Shown here: in pieces, positions 1 through 9,610 of the stretch
Position numbering within the stretch: the stretch's first letter is position 1
Layout: every line of letters begins with the position of its first letter
Virus record (IMG/VR): IMGVR_UViG_3300008113_000149
Location: 3,970-67,969 of that record
Strand: one strand, 5' to 3'
From: a virus
Length of the DNA stretch: 64,000 bases
The notes under the pieces: generated by a model
Told to the model about the DNA's origin: nothing
What the model saw: the letters and a program-made list of their open reading frames with translations, nothing else
Databases searched by the model: none
Position numbers and translations under genes: made by a program

Positions 1-101
1 TAATTAATCTGTTTCGTTAGTGCTTTGCAGAATAACTATTCTGATTAATCCCCACCTTTCGGCTGTTATCTGGGTAGCGTCTACCATTCCGCCACCTGAC
101 T
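1..101 (-). tRNA. tRNA-like RNA, 5' part only (3' end lies beyond the window edge); anticodon not assignable
   Basis: The reverse complement begins AGTCAGG-TG-GCGGAATGGTAGACGC, i.e. a 7-nt acceptor strand plus a Leu-type D arm. It continues into non-canonical expanded arms. No T arm is present in the window. Confidence 0.55.
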
Positions 102-132
102 AAATAAAAAGCCCCCAACAGTCACTGGGGGC
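102..132 (-). terminator. GC-rich hairpin with U tract (terminator-like or processing hairpin)
   Basis: GCCCCCA/TGGGGGC stem at 111-132, followed on the - strand by TTTTTATTT. Confidence 0.5.
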
Positions 133-172
133 ATTTCCGTTTTGCATCCTTGGACATTTAACGACTGCTCAG

Positions 173-180
173 CAAAGATA
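173..180 (-). promoter_or_regulatory. Bacteroidota-type -7 promoter box pointing toward the tRNA-like RNA
   Basis: TATCTTTG on the - strand matches TAnnTTTG; it is divergent from the TATTTTTG box at 213-220 on the + strand. Confidence 0.5.
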
Positions 181-228
181 AAAAATAGTTTCGATTTGGC
201 AATGCGTTTCATTATTTTTGTCTAAAGT

Positions 229-657
229 ATGATTGCCACGTATAGAAAAAAGCTAACTCCCGAAGTACTTGAAAAAGTTGTTAACGACATCGAAAGCAAG
301 GGATACCCCAAGCCAATCGAAGACATCAAAATCCGAGATATCACTTTTTCTTATTATAGTGATACCGCTGATAAGTATCGTCTTGGCCCTGCTATTAGAT
401 TTACTCGCAACTTGGAATATCTAATGAATCAAAGAGACTTCAAATTTGTGGACCTAGGTAAAGAAGTGGAAAAGAAAACAGGTATTCCCTATGTGTTGTT
501 TTTTTCTAGCGAATGTCTGAACCCCGACCGATACGCACTCAACACCCTATTTCAGTACACAGTCATCATTGGCTTCACTTTTAATATCTGCCCCTGGGAT
601 CTTCTTCAACACGATATCGAATATCTCAAGCAAAAAAATATGCTTAGTGTGTTTTGA
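229..657 (+). CDS. hypothetical protein
   Basis: 142-aa ORF preceded by TATTTTTG (213-220). Confidence 0.7.
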   Translation: MIATYRKKLTPEVLEKVVNDIESKGYPKPIEDIKIRDITFSYYSDTADKYRLGPAIRFTRNLEYLMNQRDFKFVDLGKEVEKKTGIPYVLFFSSECLNPDRYALNTLFQYTVIIGFTFNICPWDLLQHDIEYLKQKNMLSVF

Positions 658-682
658 TATTTCAAATTTTACTTTAGATTTG
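653..682 (+). promoter_or_regulatory. Bacteroidota-type promoter (-33 TTTG / -7 TAGATTTG)
   Basis: TTTG at 653-656, 18-nt spacer, TAGATTTG at 675-682; no ORF follows directly. Confidence 0.55.
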
Positions 683-685
683 TAA

Positions 686-940
686 CCCCCTAACTGGACG
701 GGATGATCTACAGTGGCGGTTAGGGTAGTAGTGTTACCACGGGATTTCGGCAAAGCACAGCGATGGCACTAAGGAATGAGTCGCAGGACCGAACAGGGGG
801 TGCAACCCTTGACAGTTGATTCCAAGTTGATGAACTTGCATGTTTTCATCAACCACGGAAGAGGGTGTACGAGAAAGTGTACAACTTCAGTGGGTGATCT
901 CTGACGACAAGTCAGGATAACTCACTGCACTCTAGGGTAC
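686..940 (+). ncRNA. putative structured non-coding RNA
   Basis: No credible ORF. Helices at 688-696/717-725, 826-834/845-853, 888-895/920-927, 901-905/911-915 and 862-867/928-933. Directly downstream of a promoter box. Confidence 0.5.
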
Positions 941-986
941 CAAGAAAATGATGTAATCGTAGTATTAGATTACCTTAACTAGTAAT

Positions 987-1010
987 AGGATAAAAGTATT
1001 CTTTTATCCT
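987..1010. repeat. perfect 10-bp inverted repeat
   Basis: AGGATAAAAG-tatt-CTTTTATCCT, between the putative ncRNA and the portal promoter. Confidence 0.7.
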
Positions 1011-1061
1011 TAAACTCATTTTTAAAAAATTATTCTCCTTATACAATCTAGTTTATTTTAC

Positions 1062-1069
1062 TATATTTG
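1062..1069 (+). promoter_or_regulatory. -7 promoter box of the portal gene (one of ~10 similar boxes 3-6 nt before an ATG)
   Basis: TATATTTG 5 nt before ATG 1075. Similar boxes at 3332, 8129, 14544, 16755, 29128, 34844, 37946 and 40032, and on the - strand at 52382-52389. Confidence 0.7.
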
Positions 1070-1074
1070 TATAA

Positions 1075-3306
1075 ATGTTGGCTCTAAGAGAACAACCCAA
1101 TCAGTTTATTCCCGAAAACCAGAAAGATCAAAAATGGTTTTTAGGCAATTTGCGTTATATCGCAGAGAAGTACAATACACAACAAAATCAATTAGGGTAT
1201 CGTCACGTCAACACTCTTCAAAAACCAATCGAAGAGATGATTCGTATGTTTACTTACTACCTAGGTAAACAAGAAAACAAAGATTACTACTACACCAACC
1301 AAGACGAAAACAACTGCGACTTACCAACTGTTTGGATTAATGGACAGAAGTTGACTTCTATGATTGACTTCATGATTGGTAACGCAATCAAAATGATTGA
1401 GAACATTGAACCTTCAGTTCGTGGCACCTCTCAAGCGATTGTTTCTCGTAAGTCCAAAAAGTTGGAATACGCTTTGATGAAGTTGGAACTCCAGGAACTT
1501 GTAGAAATCATGAGTGCCAAAGGAGTTGAATTCAACCCTGTTGGCATGGAGACGTTTCAAAACAAAGAAGAATTGTTTCGTCACATGAAATACGACTACA
1601 AAGAACAGGCTGAAGTAGTTGCTCAAAGATTGGCTGAAGATATCCTTCACCGTAACCACTACATTGAAAAGTACAAACAGTCTTTTCTTTATTTGTTGCT
1701 TGGTGGAGTTTGCGGTATTGAAAATACAATCCAGAATGGAAAGCAAAAGAAAGACGTTATCCTACCTTACAATTTGATTTGGGATAACTCAGTAGATGAT
1801 GATTTCAATACCAAGGCTCATTTTGTAGGAAAGATTGAATGGAAAACCCCTGGTGAAATCCTTTCGAATCCTACTTATATGGAGACTCTGACCCCCGAGG
1901 AGGTAGATGAGATTCGCCAAATGACGCACCAAAACATCGATAAGATGTTGGGCGAAGAATACATCACCAGCACTAAGTTGAGATGGTGGTATAATTATTC
2001 GGGCGTGCCAAAGATCGCGTGTATCACCGGGTATTGGATTGGATATAAAGAATTACGTTACGAAAAAACCAAAGACCAGTTCGGAAACGAGCACTTTGCA
2101 AAAATTCGTACCAAACACAATTCTAAATATTGGACCAAAACAGTTTACAAAGGCACCATTATCGCCAACAAATACGTGGTTGAATACGGTGAACAAACCA
2201 ATATTGTAAGAAAATCAGATGAAATGGCTGAAGTTCAACTTCCCATTTCTGTGTTTCTTCCCAATATGGTGATGGGTGAGACTCGTTCTATCGCGTCTCG
2301 TCTTCACAAACACCAGGATCGTATTGATTTCTTGAATAACGAGATCACCAAAATGATCACCCGTGCCAAGGGTAAAGTGTTTATCATGAACAAACACAAG
2401 TTGGGTAGTGCTACTTCGCAAGAAGTCCTTAACGATTTTACTCGTATGGGCATTCACATCACCGATGGCAACGCAACCGGGGAAGATTTTAACCAAAGCG
2501 ACTACAACAAAGTAGTAGAAATTGTTGATATGACACTCGATCCCAACGTACAAATGATTATGGCTCTTCGTCAAGAGGAAGAAAGAATCATGGAAGAGAT
2601 TGTCAACGTACCAAAAGTAGCCATGGGACAACAGCAAGGTTACTTAGGTGCCAAAACTCAAGCAGGTTCTATTGCCCAATCTAACTTGGGTACTGCTTAT
2701 TTATACCAAGGCTTTATTCAGTTCATCGAAAAAGACTTACAGTTTGCCTTAAACCAATATAAAATTTCCCTTTTGACTAACAACGACCCCGAAATCGGTG
2801 TGTTGGGCGACAGAGAAATGGAATTTATCAAGGTAACCGACAATTTTAAGTTTGAAGATTTTGGCGTGTATATCAAAATCAAAGACTTTGTTGACGAACA
2901 GGCTCGCGAAAGATTGCTTGCCATTGCTCAAGCGGCCATGCAGAATCAGATGATTGACATGCGTGACTACATCAAAATCGAAACTTCCAAAACTTACACC
3001 GAACTTCTTAACGAGTTGGAATATGCTCTCGAGAAAAAAGATCGCGAAAAGAAAGAAGCAGAAGCAAAAGCACAAATTATGCAGGCGGCTATGCAAGAGG
3101 CACAAATGGCTCAGCAGCAAAAAGCCGTTGAAACTGCACAACAAGGAAATAATTATCGCCAAGAATTAAAAACGGCTTCTGATTTAGTCAAGGCTAATCC
3201 TGATACTCAAGACGCGGCTGCTATGGAACCGACTGCGCCTCAACAAGGCGGTGAAGTACCTCCAGGTCAACCGATCGAAGAAACTGGGGCGGTGCCAGCA
3301 TTATAA
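1075..3306 (+). CDS. portal protein (crAss-like)
   Basis: 743 aa, first gene of the head block, with a Q/A-rich C-terminal helix and acidic tail; size and position typical of crAss-like portals. Confidence 0.8.
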   Translation: MLALREQPNQFIPENQKDQKWFLGNLRYIAEKYNTQQNQLGYRHVNTLQKPIEEMIRMFTYYLGKQENKDYYYTNQDENNCDLPTVWINGQKLTSMIDFMIGNAIKMIENIEPSVRGTSQAIVSRKSKKLEYALMKLELQELVEIMSAKGVEFNPVGMETFQNKEELFRHMKYDYKEQAEVVAQRLAEDILHRNHYIEKYKQSFLYLLLGGVCGIENTIQNGKQKKDVILPYNLIWDNSVDDDFNTKAHFVGKIEWKTPGEILSNPTYMETLTPEEVDEIRQMTHQNIDKMLGEEYITSTKLRWWYNYSGVPKIACITGYWIGYKELRYEKTKDQFGNEHFAKIRTKHNSKYWTKTVYKGTIIANKYVVEYGEQTNIVRKSDEMAEVQLPISVFLPNMVMGETRSIASRLHKHQDRIDFLNNEITKMITRAKGKVFIMNKHKLGSATSQEVLNDFTRMGIHITDGNATGEDFNQSDYNKVVEIVDMTLDPNVQMIMALRQEEERIMEEIVNVPKVAMGQQQGYLGAKTQAGSIAQSNLGTAYLYQGFIQFIEKDLQFALNQYKISLLTNNDPEIGVLGDREMEFIKVTDNFKFEDFGVYIKIKDFVDEQARERLLAIAQAAMQNQMIDMRDYIKIETSKTYTELLNELEYALEKKDREKKEAEAKAQIMQAAMQEAQMAQQQKAVETAQQGNNYRQELKTASDLVKANPDTQDAAAMEPTAPQQGGEVPPGQPIEETGAVPAL

Positions 3307-3345
3307 ACTAACAACTTACACAAATAAAAATTAAATTTGCAAAAT

Positions 3346-4398
3346 ATGTCTCAATACGAAGAAATTGAAAAACAATTAAAAGAAGCAGAATTAAAAGAAA
3401 CTGCTGAAGGAAATTTAAACTCAAAAGATAATGGAACAAAAGCCAATCAAAAAGAAACCGGCACCGAAGAAGGTTCAACCAAAGCCGGAGAAGAAAGTAA
3501 CGCAGGTAACTCAGGAAACGCAGGAAACACCGCAGCCGCCTCAGCAGGAAACCCCGCAACTGGATCAGATCAACCAGAAGGTGGATCAAGCACAGGCAGT
3601 GATAGCGGATCAAGTGAAGCAGCTGAATCAGATGAAAAGCCTTGGTACGAGTCTGATGGACAAGATCAAAGCGTTCCTCAAGCAGCTACCGTTTTAACGC
3701 CTGCCGCAGAAGAGGAAGATGAAGAGATTCGTCTTTTCAAAGAATATAAAAAGAGCGGTAAGACTCTTAAAGAATTCGTAAAAGAATTTGATCTTACAGA
3801 TTACAACGCATTGAGCGATGCGGAGATTATTCAAAAAGGCTTAAAGGAATTGGAAAATTTCGAAGGCGATGAATATGAAGCCGCTGTCGAGGAAGTCGCT
3901 CAAATGAGTTTGTTTCAAAAGAAAAAATTGATTCAAGAGTATAGATCGGCGTTTGTTGCTCAAAATGAAGAGAAGTTGAAACAACTTTCTTCAGTACCAG
4001 AAAAACAACAGGCCCAAACTACTGTAGTCGCGAATCGTTTTGAGACTGAAATTGAATCATTTGCTAAAGCAATTTCGGGAAAAGAATTGTATGGTTTGAA
4101 GGTGACGGACGAAATGTCCACTAAAATCAAAGATTACTTGACCAAGGAAATTAACTTTAATCGCAAAGATGGTTCTTTGGATGTTGAATTGCTCGCCGAT
4201 TTTGCTATGTGGCGTTTATACGGTAAAGATATCGTACGAACCAACGTAACAAAGGCGAAAAATGATGGGCGGAAAGAAATGTTGATCGCAACAACAAATC
4301 CGTCTACAGGATCTGGACCATCTAACCTCAGTAACTCGTTTGCGAGTAACGGAGCGGCAGATGCGTTCGGTGACTACCTAAATGCGAAAAAACGATAA
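3346..4398 (+). CDS. probable scaffolding / head assembly protein
   Basis: Acidic, low-complexity N-terminus plus helical C-terminus, between portal and MCP. ATG 3346 is preferred over TTG 3337, which lies inside the promoter box. Confidence 0.65.
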   Translation: MSQYEEIEKQLKEAELKETAEGNLNSKDNGTKANQKETGTEEGSTKAGEESNAGNSGNAGNTAAASAGNPATGSDQPEGGSSTGSDSGSSEAAESDEKPWYESDGQDQSVPQAATVLTPAAEEEDEEIRLFKEYKKSGKTLKEFVKEFDLTDYNALSDAEIIQKGLKELENFEGDEYEAAVEEVAQMSLFQKKKLIQEYRSAFVAQNEEKLKQLSSVPEKQQAQTTVVANRFETEIESFAKAISGKELYGLKVTDEMSTKIKDYLTKEINFNRKDGSLDVELLADFAMWRLYGKDIVRTNVTKAKNDGRKEMLIATTNPSTGSGPSNLSNSFASNGAADAFGDYLNAKKR

Positions 4399-4410
4399 AA
4401 AAAGAAAACA

Positions 4411-5769
4411 ATGGCAAGTCCAGTTACTAACCTCGATTTAAACCAATCGCTCCTCCTTAGGGGGTTGAGCCTGCCAAACAAAATGGCCATGGTTTATGCC
4501 CAAGATTATGGGTACAATGTTTTGACTCAGTTGACTTCTAAGTTGGCATCTTCAATTTCAAGCCCTCAGCCTAAAATTGAAATCAGTGCTCTTGGAAACC
4601 TTTCTGTTTATTCTCGTGTAAGTGCTGTTGCTAACGCAACTGGCTACGCTACTGGCGAAGCCTTGGCAGTTACTGTAGATGATGGTTCTAACTTCCGTAT
4701 CGGTGATATCATCGCTGATGCCAACATGGTACAAGGTATCATAGTTGACAAAACTTCTGGAAGTGGAAACATCCTTGTAATCAAGCGTATCAGCGCAACT
4801 TTCAGTACTTCTAGCCACTTCTTGGCAGGTACTATTGCAAAGGTATTGTTCGATTCTTCTGCAAACCGCTACAGCAACGGTAAGTCTCCTTTGAACTTCG
4901 TTCCTCAGACAGACTACACTTACACCGCTATCACTCGTGAGAGTTCTAGCCAAGCACGTCGTGACCGTACTGCTTCTTTCGTGAAGTGGCAAGGTGATTT
5001 CTGGTACCGTTCATATGATGATTTGGCTCTCCGTAAATTCTCTAAGAGTTTGGAGTTCAAATATGCATTCTCTGAGCGTGCTATCGTGAATGGTGCTCAA
5101 GGTGAATCTTACACCACTGCTGGTTTGCGTTGGTCTATCATCAACAATGGTGGTACTTACTTGCCTTTGACTGCTGAAATCACTCAGTCTCAGTTCAACG
5201 ATTTCTTGGAAAACTTGGTTCGTAAAAGTGCTGAAAACGGTCGTAACCTTATCGCTTTGATGGGTACTGCTGCTATGGCTCGTTTGCAAACTTTGTTGGG
5301 TCAATACATTCAATACGCAGGTAGCAACAACACCTTGGGTGGCGTTTCTGTTGAAGGTTTGAATGTTATGACTTACAGCTATGCTGGTATCAAAGTTGAT
5401 TTCGTTCGTTGGGCATTGTTGGATGACGACGCTTTCAAAGGTGACTTGTCTGCTGTTACTGGTAAGCCTCGTATGTCTCACTCAATCTATGTATTGGATA
5501 CTACTACTATCCCTGCTGCTGACGGTAGCGGAGTATTGTCTCCTTTGCAGAAGTACCACTTCAACAACGATGAGATGTTGGCTGCCTACGTACCAGGTAT
5601 GATCGGTTTGCAAGATTCTAACCCTTCTACTATTAAGCAAGCCCTTGCTAATGGTTTGAGTGGTTCTATGGCTGCAAGCGATGTTGATGGTGTGGATTTC
5701 CACATTTTGTCTGATTGCGGACTTTATTGCGCTTCTGAGCGTATGGGTCTGATCGAATTGGTTGCTTAA
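4411..5769 (+). CDS. major capsid protein (HK97 fold, crAss-like)
   Basis: 452 aa with strong codon bias (GCT/GGT/CGT), downstream of the scaffold; contains YTTAGLRW and a C-terminal HILSDCGL segment. Confidence 0.8.
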   Translation: MASPVTNLDLNQSLLLRGLSLPNKMAMVYAQDYGYNVLTQLTSKLASSISSPQPKIEISALGNLSVYSRVSAVANATGYATGEALAVTVDDGSNFRIGDIIADANMVQGIIVDKTSGSGNILVIKRISATFSTSSHFLAGTIAKVLFDSSANRYSNGKSPLNFVPQTDYTYTAITRESSSQARRDRTASFVKWQGDFWYRSYDDLALRKFSKSLEFKYAFSERAIVNGAQGESYTTAGLRWSIINNGGTYLPLTAEITQSQFNDFLENLVRKSAENGRNLIALMGTAAMARLQTLLGQYIQYAGSNNTLGGVSVEGLNVMTYSYAGIKVDFVRWALLDDDAFKGDLSAVTGKPRMSHSIYVLDTTTIPAADGSGVLSPLQKYHFNNDEMLAAYVPGMIGLQDSNPSTIKQALANGLSGSMAASDVDGVDFHILSDCGLYCASERMGLIELVA

Positions 5770-5781
5770 TTTTTTACGAAC

Positions 5782-6522
5782 ATGCAAAATCAAACTTTAT
5801 TAAATGGCGCAAGCACTCTTGCCGTTGATGGCGGTAAGTTGCTTATCACTCGTGTGGGCGTGGATATCAATAACGTAGATGCTTCTCGTTACATCCCTAT
5901 GGATGTTGCTGGTATCTTTTCTATGGAAATCCAACCTGGTGTTGCTGGTACTTCTCGTAGCCAGACTTTGACTCCAACTGCTGCTAACAACACTGTATAC
6001 ACAGTAACTATTAGTGTGTTCAAAGAGTCTGATTGGGGTTACTTCGGTCCTCAGTTGGTAACTTTCAGTGCTTCTTTCACTTCAGACGGAACTGCAACTG
6101 TAGCCGAAATCACTGCTGGTTTGACTGCCGCCATTAACTTGGTAGGTGCTGCCTACGGTGTAACTGCTACTGACGGTACCACCTTGGTAACTGTAACTTC
6201 TAACACTACTGTTCCTCAGAACATCAACTGTGTTAGCGTAGGTGCAGGTACTTTGGCTGTTGCTCAAACAGTTGCTTTTGCTAAGCCTTACGGTTTGGCT
6301 GCTGAATTGCAAGCACGTGGATTGGCAAGTGCAACTACTGGACAACTTTACACCAAATTTGTTTTCAGAGCAAAAAATGGTACTGTTTCTGGTCACGTAA
6401 ACACTGGTGGCGAGTACTTGGAACAAACCATCTGGATCAATACTACACAAAGCACTTTGATTACCGCTTTGGGTACTACCTTCCGTGATGCTCCTTTCAC
6501 TACTCCTGCTTACAACTTGTAA
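5782..6522 (+). CDS. auxiliary capsid / decoration protein
   Basis: T/A/G-rich beta-type protein with MCP-like codon bias; co-terminated with the MCP gene. Confidence 0.6.
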   Translation: MQNQTLLNGASTLAVDGGKLLITRVGVDINNVDASRYIPMDVAGIFSMEIQPGVAGTSRSQTLTPTAANNTVYTVTISVFKESDWGYFGPQLVTFSASFTSDGTATVAEITAGLTAAINLVGAAYGVTATDGTTLVTVTSNTTVPQNINCVSVGAGTLAVAQTVAFAKPYGLAAELQARGLASATTGQLYTKFVFRAKNGTVSGHVNTGGEYLEQTIWINTTQSTLITALGTTFRDAPFTTPAYNL

Positions 6523-6538
6523 TTTCATTTTTCCTAAA

Positions 6539-6568
6539 GGAGGGGTACTTCGGTACCCTTCCTTTTTT
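6539..6568 (+). terminator. Rho-independent terminator
   Basis: GGAGGGGTAC-TTCG-GTACCCTTCC followed by TTTTTT. Confidence 0.9.
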
Positions 6569-6603
6569 ACTTTAAAAATCTTAACTTCGAAACTTAATAA
6601 TAT

Positions 6604-7467
6604 ATGATACGTAAACTCATTATTTCTGCAAAAGCCCCTAAAGGCACTCTTACCCTTCTGGGGAACTATTACGATAAAAAAAGTCGTAAAAATTTACACC
6701 TCGTTGAAAATGGCAAACGAGTAATTACTGAAATGGAATACGATGACTACACCAAGCAGTTTGATATTCTATTGACTGATGCCGCAACCTACACTTTGGA
6801 GTATGATGATGCAAACAAAAACGAAAGTGCTGTTGTAGACTTCTACTTAAACCACCCTTTGTGCAGCAACGTAAACCACACCAACCCCAATTTGGTTAGC
6901 CCTTTGTTTACTGTTGTAATGCAACACATGATTGTAGAAAACGAGATTTCGTCTATGAATGAAAACTTGGATACTGCAATCAAATGCTTATCTCTTTCGT
7001 TTGATGAAAAACACGATCTTGCATTTGCTCTTGGAATTGATGCTCGTGGCTTAACTCACAAAGAATTGGTTAGTCGTTTGGTAGGTCCAAACCTAACCGG
7101 AGATGCAATCAAGCAAAAACATGTATTCGATCATTACTACGATTCACTTGAAACCGATCGTAAAGTAAAAGTATATGTTACTAAAGCAATTACCACTGGA
7201 ATCATCCAACAAGAAAACGGTTACTACCGAGTTGGTGGCAGAACTTTAGGTTCTCAAGAACGTGATGTAATTGACATGTGTAACAGCGACAAGGATTTCT
7301 TCTACGGCTTTATTGTACCAGAGGTAGATAAAGTTGTAAATGTTCCGAACGAAAAATTAAATGACTTGGCTGAAACTGATATCACAAATGTAGTGACAGA
7401 AAAGTTAGAAGGTGTTCGTAAGATCAGAGCAAAGAAGAATGCTATCATTGATAAATTAATTGTGTAA
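6604..7467 (+). CDS. conserved head-block protein (crAss-like position after the capsid genes)
   Basis: 287-aa ORF with a C-terminal KAITTGII...YYRVGGRTLG segment; assignment by synteny. Confidence 0.55.
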   Translation: MIRKLIISAKAPKGTLTLLGNYYDKKSRKNLHLVENGKRVITEMEYDDYTKQFDILLTDAATYTLEYDDANKNESAVVDFYLNHPLCSNVNHTNPNLVSPLFTVVMQHMIVENEISSMNENLDTAIKCLSLSFDEKHDLAFALGIDARGLTHKELVSRLVGPNLTGDAIKQKHVFDHYYDSLETDRKVKVYVTKAITTGIIQQENGYYRVGGRTLGSQERDVIDMCNSDKDFFYGFIVPEVDKVVNVPNEKLNDLAETDITNVVTEKLEGVRKIRAKKNAIIDKLIV

Positions 7468-7488
7468 GTTTTAGTTTAATGTTTAGTG

Positions 7489-7509
7489 CCCCCCGCAAGG
7501 GGGGTTTTT
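7489..7509 (+). terminator. Rho-independent terminator
   Basis: CCCCCC-GCAA-GGGGGG-TTTTT. Confidence 0.8.
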
Positions 7510-7514
7510 GTTTT

Positions 7515-8117
7515 ATGCCAATTAGAAAAGTTGTAAAAAAAGAACCTGTAAAAGGAAAAGTAGAGAAACCTCTAAAGGAGGAAATCTGCTCAGAATGTGG
7601 AAAAAAACGTCCGTATTCGAACAAAACCAAGAAATTATGTGCAGTTTGTGTGAAAAAATCACAAATAGCGAAGGTTAAAGAAAAGAAGGCAAAGGTCCGT
7701 CAAAAGAAAGCCATCTCTACAAGCGTACTGATTAAAAAACTAGACGCTTTGTATTCTGTGTATATAAGATTAAAAGCAATCGAAAAGGATGGTTATGTAA
7801 AATGCTTTACTTGTGATCGAGTAGAATACTGGCGTAAAATCCAGAATGGTCACTTTCAGTCAAGAAGATTTTTATCTACTCGTTTTTACGATTTTAATTG
7901 CGCCCCTCAATGCTATGCTTGTAATGTTGGGCTGAGCGGAATGCAGTATGAGTATGGCATCAGACTTGATAAAAAATATGGCGAGGGCACGGCACAACAT
8001 GTTGTCGAATTATCGAAGGAGTTTTGCAAATTTAATTCCGATGAACTGCTGAAAATGATAGACGAAACTGAGCAAAAAATACAATTCTTAAGGAAGTTGA
8101 AAGACATATGGGATTAA
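7515..8117 (+). CDS. ninG: NinG/Rap-like HNH-type endonuclease with an extra N-terminal Zn finger
   Basis: CFTC...QNGHFQSR...TRF...NCAPQCYACN...EY..RL..KYG motif series; N-terminal CSEC/CAVC. Start moved to ATG 7515, after the terminator. Confidence 0.8.
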   Translation: MPIRKVVKKEPVKGKVEKPLKEEICSECGKKRPYSNKTKKLCAVCVKKSQIAKVKEKKAKVRQKKAISTSVLIKKLDALYSVYIRLKAIEKDGYVKCFTCDRVEYWRKIQNGHFQSRRFLSTRFYDFNCAPQCYACNVGLSGMQYEYGIRLDKKYGEGTAQHVVELSKEFCKFNSDELLKMIDETEQKIQFLRKLKDIWD

Positions 8118-8141
8118 ATTAATTTTTGTATATTTGTGTAA

Positions 8142-8963
8142 ATGACTGGTGCTCAATTCTACGATTTACTTCAGCAAAAAATTGACAAGGCTTACAGTGC
8201 TTACATTGACACAACGAAAGCCAATCGATTAATTGAAGAAACAATCTTAAGGTTGTGTGAAAAACTGTACACTACGTTAGACACACAGAAAGAATATGAC
8301 GAGTTGTGGAGTTTATTGGTAAAAGATGAAGTACGTCCTGTTACAAATCAATACTTTGATTTATCTGGCTTGTCTAGAACTTATATGCACTTGTTTCGTT
8401 TGGGATTTACTTTTGATACTTTACTTGGTAACTTAAGTCGTACTTCAACAGGGGCAGGTCCTTACACAACAGTATTTACTTCCACTGGTCATAGTGCAAG
8501 AAAAGGCGATACTATTAAGGTTGGCGCAAATACTGGAACTGTAGTTTCATACACAAAAACCAAATTTACGGTAACTTCTGCTGCTAGTTTAGCATCTGGG
8601 GCGGTATATTTGGTTCGCTTCTTTGAAGGCAGCGAGTGGTTTTCAGATCGTAAATCAGATTCATACCACGCCCCCACAATTTTTAGCCCGAAATATCAGT
8701 TTCAAAACCGACTCAGCGGCGTAACTAACGTAAAATCGTTGTATATTTACCCTCAGTGTTCTAGTTTGACAATTGATTATATGGCACTTCCTACTCTAGC
8801 AACAGGTCACATTTTTTTGTCAACAGATTCGACTGCGATTACTGCATACACAGAAAAGTTTTTATACCGATTGGCAGATGAATGTGTATTTACCTATGCT
8901 GAACAAGTTCGCGATGCTGAACTTCGTCAGAATTCTGCTCAAAGTATAATGATTAATCCATGA
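8142..8963 (+). CDS. head-tail connector / ring protein
   Basis: First of three coupled genes before the muzzle gene; helical termini with a central beta insertion. Confidence 0.55.
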   Translation: MTGAQFYDLLQQKIDKAYSAYIDTTKANRLIEETILRLCEKLYTTLDTQKEYDELWSLLVKDEVRPVTNQYFDLSGLSRTYMHLFRLGFTFDTLLGNLSRTSTGAGPYTTVFTSTGHSARKGDTIKVGANTGTVVSYTKTKFTVTSAASLASGAVYLVRFFEGSEWFSDRKSDSYHAPTIFSPKYQFQNRLSGVTNVKSLYIYPQCSSLTIDYMALPTLATGHIFLSTDSTAITAYTEKFLYRLADECVFTYAEQVRDAELRQNSAQSIMINP

Positions 8964-9610
8964 GTACACTTGCTCAGATTGTAGATAGAATTAAATCGAA
9001 CTTAACCGGGGGTATCACAACAGACGAAACTCGTTTTGAAGATGCCTTGATTGAGTCTAAGATTCATAACCACCGCGCTGCTTATTTGTCGGCAATCTCT
9101 CGCCAACCAACCAGAGACAGAATTAATGACGCATTTCTCCAAGTCTACCATGTTGATTTATTGGAATACGATGTAGAATGTGACGTAGTAAAATTCGCTT
9201 GCCCGACGGTAATTCAGTTAGATGAAAGGCATGATGGATTTTTTTACGTAGGACATATTAATGGGTTGAAACCATTTATTCGGTTGCGTACAAACTACCA
9301 GGCATTGAGCATGCACTCTTTGTTTAAGAAAGAGAAAGAGATTGTTTGGGATTACCGCGCGGATTATGATGGGCAATGGTATATCAATGTTTACAGAAAT
9401 CCAAAGTTGACCAAGTTATTGGTTATGGCTGTCTTTAATGACCCAACTGTTGTTCCGAACTATCGTAAAGACGTAGATCAATACCCTTTGGATGGAGTAG
9501 CGGAGCATGAGGTTGTTGATGCGGTAAGTAAAGATTTACTTGGTAAAAATATTGGGATTCCAGATATGGTATCTGATTCCGCAGAAGTTAACGCCCCTAC
9601 TAGGAAATGA
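8960..9610 (+). CDS. tail ring / tubular protein
   Basis: ATGA overlap with the previous gene; AVFNDP...YPLD motif typical of crAss-like ring proteins. Confidence 0.6.
   Translation: MSTLAQIVDRIKSNLTGGITTDETRFEDALIESKIHNHRAAYLSAISRQPTRDRINDAFLQVYHVDLLEYDVECDVVKFACPTVIQLDERHDGFFYVGHINGLKPFIRLRTNYQALSMHSLFKKEKEIVWDYRADYDGQWYINVYRNPKLTKLLVMAVFNDPTVVPNYRKDVDQYPLDGVAEHEVVDAVSKDLLGKNIGIPDMVSDSAEVNAPTRK

Noticed and set aside
547-753. 68-aa minus-strand ORF over the putative ncRNA
   Set aside because: It has a TTG start, overlaps gene 229..657 in antisense, and shows no recognisable features.
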